Shown here: positions 57,351 through 64,000 of the stretch, one piece after another
How positions within the stretch are numbered: the stretch's first letter is position 1
Layout of the letters: the number at the start of each line of letters is the position of its first letter
Assembly (NCBI GenBank): GCA_044376115.1
Contig: JBILLK010000021.1
Location: 1 to 64,000, forward strand
DNA: 64,000 nucleotides
Source: Polyangiaceae bacterium
GTDB taxonomy: Bacteria > Myxococcota_A > Polyangia > Polyangiales > Polyangiaceae
Direction: 5' to 3'
Made by a program: the position numbers and the translations under genes
The notes under the pieces: generated by a model
What the model saw: the letters and a program-made list of their open reading frames with translations, nothing else
What the model was told of the DNA's origin: nothing
The model's database searches: none

Positions 57351-57642
57351 CGGGAGCGCGACGCGCGACACATCGCGCCGTCTCGCCGTGACAGGCGAAG
57401 CAATGTCGCATTCGATGAGGGGCTGGCCGGCGGCGCGCGATGGCTTTGCAGATTTTCCGCGCAAATCCGCAAGCGCGGTCCATCCGGCGGGGCGGTCGGG
57501 AGCGCGATGCGCGACACATCGCCCCGTCTCACCGTGACACGCGCCGCAATGTCGCACTCCGCGCTGGGCTCGCCACCTGCGCGCGACACATCGCCCCGTC
57601 TCACCGTGACACGCGCCGCAATGTCGCACTCCGCGCTGGGCT
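57351..57642. repeat. Three-copy intergenic repeat
   Basis: GCGCGACACATCG...GCAATGTCGCA units at 57363, 57509 and 57581; the last two are identical over 62 bp with a 72-bp period. Confidence 0.9.
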
Positions 57643-57651
57643 AGCGAAAAC

Positions 57652-58882
<1,231 letters not shown>

Positions 58883-58890
<8 letters not shown>

Positions 58891-59401
58891 GTCCGAGCAG
58901 CCCGCGCTGCTTCGCGACCAAGAGGCCGAGCACCAAGGCCAAGATCACCAGCAGCACGATCAGCGCCACGCCCATGATCATCGCCGTGGAACGGCCCGGG
59001 TTCGGCGCTCGGCGAAGCGCGGTTTCTTCATCTTCGTAGGCTTGCTCCTCGAAGCTGGGAGCTAGGAACTCGCGCGGACGGCGGGCCACCTTCATCGTCT
59101 TTGCGCGACGTGGATCCACCTTCGAAAGGTCCACGCGTTCATCGGGCAGGGCATCGGGCACTTGCCCCGACCCAACCTCCACCAGACCGCCTTCGACGCG
59201 GTCACTGCTCGGGCCTTTACCGCGCGGCGCGTGCGCCATCGGGATGGTCCCGCGGGGCAGCGGGGTGACAGGCGCGACGGGCTCGACCGGCGGCAGATCA
59301 CGAATGGTGTCACGCTCGATGCCCATGCGCTCGGTTTTACGTACCGAGGCGAGGTTGGCAGCGCGCGCCATCGGTTCGGTCTTGCGCGATTTATCGGCCA
59401 T
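58883..59401 (-). CDS. Hypothetical C-terminally anchored membrane protein
   Basis: Disordered N-terminus plus single C-terminal TM; overlaps the cyclase start. Confidence 0.65.
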
Positions 59402-59440
59402 TGCTTGTGCTCACTTCATCCCCGAGCGCCGTGCGCGCGA

Positions 59441-60769
59441 TCATCGCCAAAGCCTCGCATCCACCAAACGCAGTTCGCAGACTACCTGACCCAGGCGAAC
59501 CCGGTCACCGTGTCTCAACATACCGTACTTGGCGGCGCGGTCATTGAGCCAGGTGCCGCCCTTCGCCCCCTCGTCAAACAGCTCGACGATGCCGTTCGGG
59601 TGGACCAGCAGCCGAGCGTGTTTGCTCGAGACGCTGGGGTGCTCGAGACGCACCTCCACTCGCTCGCTGCGGCCGACGTGAAGTTCTCCGGCCCGCAACG
59701 GGAAAGACTTGGCCGAGGCACCTTCTTGCAGCCAGACCCAATAGGCAACGACGCCATCGTCGCGTTCGCCAAAAGGCGGAGGCGTGGCCTCGGTGCTCGG
59801 TCCCTCGAGCTCTCCTGCGCTCATCTTGTGCGTACCGCCCGCCATGGGTGGGCTGGGCAGCGGCTCGTTTGGCAGCGAGTTGCGCGCTATGCGCATGGCT
59901 TGCCCGAGCGCTCGGGCGAAGGCGGTCATGCTCTGGAAACGCGCCGTTCGCGACTTCGACATCGCCTGGAAAAGCACGTCCGAAACCTCCTCCGGGAGCT
60001 CCTCGCACAGCTCGCTCAGCCGGCGCGGCTGCTGATGCAGGTGCCATTGCTGAAAGTCGAAGCTGGTCGGCGAGGTCACCGCCGGGTCGAAAGGATGGCT
60101 GCGGGTCAACATCTCGAAGGCGATCTGCGCGAGCGAATAGACGTCGCTGGCCGGGGATAACGGTTGGCAGGCGATATGCTCCGGACTCATGTAACGCCCG
60201 GTGCCCAGCGTCAGGTGCTCGGCGGTGGGCGGCGTGCCGTACTTGGCGATCTTGGCCGCGCCGAGATCGAGCAACTTCGCGCGGACTTCCCCGCCTGAGA
60301 CCGCCACCAGAAAGACGTTGGCCGGCTTGAGATCGCGATGAATCATCTCCAGCTCGTGCATCGCTTGGGTGGCCTCTGCGAGCTGGATGGTCAAGGCGAT
60401 GGCCTGCTCGAACGGGATGGCGGCGCGCGCGAGCAACGCGGCCAAGGAGCGCCCACGCAAAAGCTCCATCACCAGGAACGGCCCCACCGCAGCGTCTTCA
60501 CCGGCGTGGTGGACCTTCACGAAGTTGGGATGGGAGATCTCCCAGAGCGCGCGGCCTTCGGTTCGGAAGCGAAGCCGAACGTCCTCGCGATCGCGATGCT
60601 CGGGCAGCAGCACCTTCAGCGCCAGCTCGGCTTGGAGCGTACGATGGGTGACGCGATAAACCTCCCCGACGCCCCCCCGAGCGATCAGCTGGCCGACCTC
60701 GTACTCCCCACCGATCAACGTGCCGACGGCACAGCTCGGTTGCGCTACGAGGTCAGCCTTGAGCGACAT
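59441..60769 (-). CDS. Ser/Thr kinase with C-terminal FHA domain
   Basis: IARGGVGEVY, ALK, HRDLKPAN, DLG, GTGRYMSPE; VGR...HPSVSSKHA...GTWLN FHA. Confidence 0.94.
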   Translation of the reverse strand: MSLKADLVAQPSCAVGTLIGGEYEVGQLIARGGVGEVYRVTHRTLQAELALKVLLPEHRDREDVRLRFRTEGRALWEISHPNFVKVHHAGEDAAVGPFLVMELLRGRSLAALLARAAIPFEQAIALTIQLAEATQAMHELEMIHRDLKPANVFLVAVSGGEVRAKLLDLGAAKIAKYGTPPTAEHLTLGTGRYMSPEHIACQPLSPASDVYSLAQIAFEMLTRSHPFDPAVTSPTSFDFQQWHLHQQPRRLSELCEELPEEVSDVLFQAMSKSRTARFQSMTAFARALGQAMRIARNSLPNEPLPSPPMAGGTHKMSAGELEGPSTEATPPPFGERDDGVVAYWVWLQEGASAKSFPLRAGELHVGRSERVEVRLEHPSVSSKHARLLVHPNGIVELFDEGAKGGTWLNDRAAKYGMLRHGDRVRLGQVVCELRLVDARLWR

Positions 60770-60781
60770 GCGTCGAACGAC

Positions 60782-61309
60782 TCAGTCGAGCGACTCATCC
60801 TCGAGCAGCGAAAGCAGCTCTTCCGCGCGATCCCCTTCGATCCCGAGCGCGTCCGCCATTTGGTTGATGAGCTCGTTCTCCTCGTCCTTGATGTCGCTGT
60901 CGGCGAAGGCCACCGCGGCAGCGAGCGAGAAGGCCGCCTCGAGCAGCGCCGGATCCTCTTGCAAGATGGGCGCGATCGCCGCGAGACGCGCCTCGACGCC
61001 TTGCGAGACGGTGGCTTGGCAATCGGCAAAAAGCTTGTCGATGTAGGCCGTGCGCACGCCGTTGTCCGTCAGGCCGCGGACGGCGCCGCGCAACACTTCA
61101 CGCTCCGCCTCGGCGACGTCTCCGTCCACGCCGATCATCAGGAACATCGCCTCGAACAACGCTCGGAAACGACGCCCTGCGTCCGGGTCCGTGGCGAAAG
61201 GATCTTCCACCGCTGCAGCCGCATTGGTGAAGGCGACGCTTGCCGGCTGGCCAACTTCACGAAAGTGGTCCCGGATGCGCTCGAGGGTCTTGGGCTTCAG
61301 CTTGATCAT
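60782..61309 (-). CDS. TerB family protein
   Basis: AMFLMIGVDGDVAEAEREVL and AVAFADSDIKDEENELINQMADALGI duplicated TerB motifs. Confidence 0.85.
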   Translation of the reverse strand: MIKLKPKTLERIRDHFREVGQPASVAFTNAAAAVEDPFATDPDAGRRFRALFEAMFLMIGVDGDVAEAEREVLRGAVRGLTDNGVRTAYIDKLFADCQATVSQGVEARLAAIAPILQEDPALLEAAFSLAAAVAFADSDIKDEENELINQMADALGIEGDRAEELLSLLEDESLD

Positions 61310-61383
61310 GGGACGGCTACGGTAGCGAGGTCCCTCCTTCTGTCAACGAGGCTTTGTCTCTCGCCGCTGCTTCATTGGCCCTA

Positions 61384-61420
61384 CAAAACGAAAGCACGGA
61401 CCGAAACCGGCCCGTGCCTT
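61384..61420 (-). terminator. Intrinsic terminator downstream of icd
   Basis: Minus strand GCACGGGCCGG-TTT-CGGTCCGTGC followed by TTTCGTTTTG. Confidence 0.65.
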
Positions 61421-61442
61421 TGTGCAGCTAGCCCCGCGCCTC

Positions 61443-62837
61443 TCAGCCCATGTGGGAGATGATGGCGTCAGCGAACTCGGAGCACTTCACTTCCTTGGCG
61501 CCGTCCATCAAACGGGCGAAGTCGTAGGTCACGGTGCCGGCGGCGATCGCCCCGTCCATGCCCTTGATCACGAGGTCTGCCGCCTCGTTCCAACCGAGGT
61601 GACGGAGCATCATCTCGCCGGAGAGGATGACCGAGCCGGGGTTGACCTTGTCCAGGTTGGCGTACTTGGGCGCGGTGCCGTGGGTCGCCTCGAAGATGGC
61701 GTGGCCGGTGACGTAGTTGATGTTGCCACCGGGAGCGATGCCGATGCCACCGACCTGGGCCGCCAAAGCGTCCGAGAGGTAGTCACCGTTCAGGTTCAAC
61801 GTGGCGATCACGTCGAACTCCTTGGGGCGCGTCAGCACCTGCTGCAGCGTGATGTCGGCGATGCTGTCGCGGATACGCAGCATCTTCTTCCACTTGCCAC
61901 CGCCGTGGGTCTCCCACAGCGCGAGGGCCTGGTTGACCTCCTCGATGAACTCCTTCTGAGCATCCGGGGGCGCCATGTCGAAGCCGGGCTCGATCTGCTT
62001 GGCGTTGTCTTCGGCCGAGAGGTCCGCGTTGGCTTCCTTGTTGCCGAGGATCCACGACTCACGCTCGGTCACCACCTGACCGCGGAACTCCGAGGCCGCG
62101 AGGTCATAGCCCCACGATTTGAAGGCGCCCTCGGTGAACTTCATGATGTTGCCCTTGTGCACGATGTTCACGCTCTTGCGGTTGAACTTGAGCGCGTACT
62201 GAATGGCCGCGCGCACGAGGCGCTGGGTGCCTTCACGGCTGACCGGCTTGATGCCGATGCCGCTGGTGTTGGGGAAGCGGATCTTCTTCACGCCCATCTC
62301 TTTTTCGAGGAAGGCGATCACCTTCTTGGCGTCAGCCGACTCGGCCTCCCACTCGATGCCTGCGTAAATGTCTTCGCAGTTTTCACGGAAGATCACCATG
62401 TCGACGCTGCCCGGATCCTTCACGGGGGAAGGCACGCCCTTGAACCAGCGCACCGGGCGCAGACAGACGTAAAGGTCCAACATTTGGCGCAGGGCCACGT
62501 TGAGTGAACGGATGCCTTTGCCGATCGGCGTGGTGAGCGGGCCTTTGATGCCGACGAGATACTGCTTGTAGGCGTCCACGGTGCCTTGCGGCAGCCAGTC
62601 ACCGAAGGTCTTGAACGCCTTTTCACCGGCGAAAACCTCGAACCACTCAATCTTCTTTTTGCCGGCAAACGCCTTCTCAACGGCTGCGTCGAGCACGCGA
62701 ACGCTCGCGCGCCAAATGTCCGGACCGGTGCCGTCACCCTCGATAAAGGGAACAATCGGGTTGTCCGGGACGGCGAGCACGCCGTCTTGGCTCATCGTGA
62801 TGGGTTGCCCAGCGCTCGGTTTCGGAAAATCTGCCAT
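61443..62837 (-). CDS. icd: NADP-dependent isocitrate dehydrogenase
   Basis: [73 protein letters not shown]. Confidence 0.98.
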   Translation of the reverse strand: MADFPKPSAGQPITMSQDGVLAVPDNPIVPFIEGDGTGPDIWRASVRVLDAAVEKAFAGKKKIEWFEVFAGEKAFKTFGDWLPQGTVDAYKQYLVGIKGPLTTPIGKGIRSLNVALRQMLDLYVCLRPVRWFKGVPSPVKDPGSVDMVIFRENCEDIYAGIEWEAESADAKKVIAFLEKEMGVKKIRFPNTSGIGIKPVSREGTQRLVRAAIQYALKFNRKSVNIVHKGNIMKFTEGAFKSWGYDLAASEFRGQVVTERESWILGNKEANADLSAEDNAKQIEPGFDMAPPDAQKEFIEEVNQALALWETHGGGKWKKMLRIRDSIADITLQQVLTRPKEFDVIATLNLNGDYLSDALAAQVGGIGIAPGGNINYVTGHAIFEATHGTAPKYANLDKVNPGSVILSGEMMLRHLGWNEAADLVIKGMDGAIAAGTVTYDFARLMDGAKEVKCSEFADAIISHMG

Positions 62838-62960
62838 GAGGGCGGGCATATCCGAACGCCTTGCGAGCCGCAACGACGGAGCGGTTCCCAGCGTCGTCCA
62901 AGACGCTGGGAACCGCGCAGGCCGTTGTGCCACCCCCCAACTTTGCTAGCCTGAAAGGAG

Positions 62961-64000
62961 ATGCTTGCCTCAAGGCTGAGCGCAGAACCTCGGCCAGGAA
63001 CGGTGATTGGCGGAAGGTATCGAGTGGAGCGGTCGCTCGGCGCCGGCGGTATGGGCGCGGTGTTTGCGGCGATGCACCTCGAGCTGCGCCAAGAGGTAGC
63101 GATCAAGGTGCTGCTGCCGAGCAGCGCAAAGTCGGAGGAGGCCAACACCCGCTTTCTGCGTGAAGGACGAGCGGCCGCGCGGTTGACCTCACCGTTCGCA
63201 GCGAAGGTGTTCGACACAGGGAGGCTGCCCTCGGGTGAGCCCTACCTGGTGATGGAGCTCTTGAGCGGACGTGACCTACGCGCGCATATGAGCGAGGTGC
63301 AACGGGTACCGCTCGAGCAAGCGGTGGAGTGGGTGCTGCAAGCCGGCCATGCGCTGGGGGAAGCGCACAAGCTAAACATCATTCATCGCGACGTGAAGCC
63401 GGCCAACCTGTTCCTGGCCGAGACCAGCGCAGGCACCATCATCAAGGTGCTCGACTTCGGCGTCTCGAAGCAGCTCGATGAGAAGGAAGCCGATCTCACC
63501 AATACGGCCTCGGTCTTGGGTACGCCGCGCTACATGGCCCCGGAGCAGATGCGCTCGGCGCGGCTGGCCGATCAACGCTGCGACGTGTGGTCGCTCGGCG
63601 TCGTGCTTTACGAACTGACGACCGGCGAATCGCCCTTTCGCGGGGACTCGGTGACCGCGCTTTGCTTCGACGTGATGGAGCGCACGCCGGCGCCGCCGAG
63701 CCGCCACAACGCCGAGCTCTCCCCGGCGTTCGACGCGCTGATCGCGCGCTGCCTGGCGAAGGACCCTGACGAGCGGTTCGCGACGATGGAGGCGCTGACG
63801 GAAGCGCTCCAGCCGTTTGCACCTTCAAGTCGGCTGTCGCGGCCCTTTGGCTCGGCGGAGCTGACGTCCTCCGCGAGCGAGCGCTCCGTCTTTCAGCCGT
63901 CGTCGACGCCGGCGGCGACGGTCGGGCTACGCACTCCGGTCGCCGAGTCGAGTCCGCGCAGGGGCTCGGCTACGTGGGTGATCGCGGTCGGGCTCGGCGT
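62961..64000 (+). CDS. Ser/Thr protein kinase (runs off the window end; not in the ORF track)
   Basis: Manual translation from ATG 62961 (GGAG RBS): YRVERSLGAGGMGAVF, VAIKVL, HRDVKPANLF, VLDFG, GTPRYMAPEQ. Confidence 0.93.
   Translation, partial: MLASRLSAEPRPGTVIGGRYRVERSLGAGGMGAVFAAMHLELRQEVAIKVLLPSSAKSEEANTRFLREGRAAARLTSPFAAKVFDTGRLPSGEPYLVMELLSGRDLRAHMSEVQRVPLEQAVEWVLQAGHALGEAHKLNIIHRDVKPANLFLAETSAGTIIKVLDFGVSKQLDEKEADLTNTASVLGTPRYMAPEQMRSARLADQRCDVWSLGVVLYELTTGESPFRGDSVTALCFDVMERTPAPPSRHNAELSPAFDALIARCLAKDPDERFATMEALTEALQPFAPSSRLSRPFGSAELTSSASERSVFQPSSTPAATVGLRTPVAESSPRRGSATWVIAVGLG

Noticed and set aside
57351..57642. Possible CRISPR array
   Set aside because: Units are about 62 bp, one spacer is only 10 bp, spacing is irregular, and no cas genes are present
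61310..61500. Prophage or island integration at the icd 3' end
   Set aside because: No duplicated icd end and no integrase nearby; only a terminator hairpin
61890..62075. Insertion in Icd relative to the E. coli-type enzyme
   Set aside because: In-frame and recalled as a known feature of a subgroup of bacterial Icd enzymes; not an intein or mobile element

Overview
High-GC, densely coding chromosomal window. It looks like a myxobacterium (Myxococcota, probably Polyangiales/Sorangiineae), inferred from MYXO-CTERM-like sorting tails, a DUF1592/DUF1552 pair, three Hanks-type Ser/Thr kinases, FHA proteins and many Cys-rich lipoproteins. Housekeeping genes (dnaB, selA, cysK-type synthase, ccmC/ccmD, grpE, dapA-dapB, ruvA, icd) are scattered among secreted/lipoprotein and signalling genes. 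I found no rRNA, tRNA, CRISPR array, integrase or transposase. Main observations: (1) a small secreted pre-pro-peptide (39366-39647) whose Cys framework matches nematode ASABF-type CS-alpha-beta defensins minus one disulfide pair; (2) a multi-hairpin intergenic ncRNA candidate (~49831-49996); (3) a three-copy intergenic repeat (57351-57642); (4) a TerB / kinase-FHA / membrane protein / adenylate cyclase gene run; (5) a beta-barrel plus monoheme cytochrome pair beside the DUF1592/DUF1552 module; (6) a 47-aa ORF in the ccmCD operon that the track misses; (7) a frameshifted DUF2378-like gene; (8) a catalytically degenerate RseP-like PDZ protein; (9) clear operator palindromes for the LysR and TetR regulators. 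All family calls come from motif recognition by eye; no searches were run.
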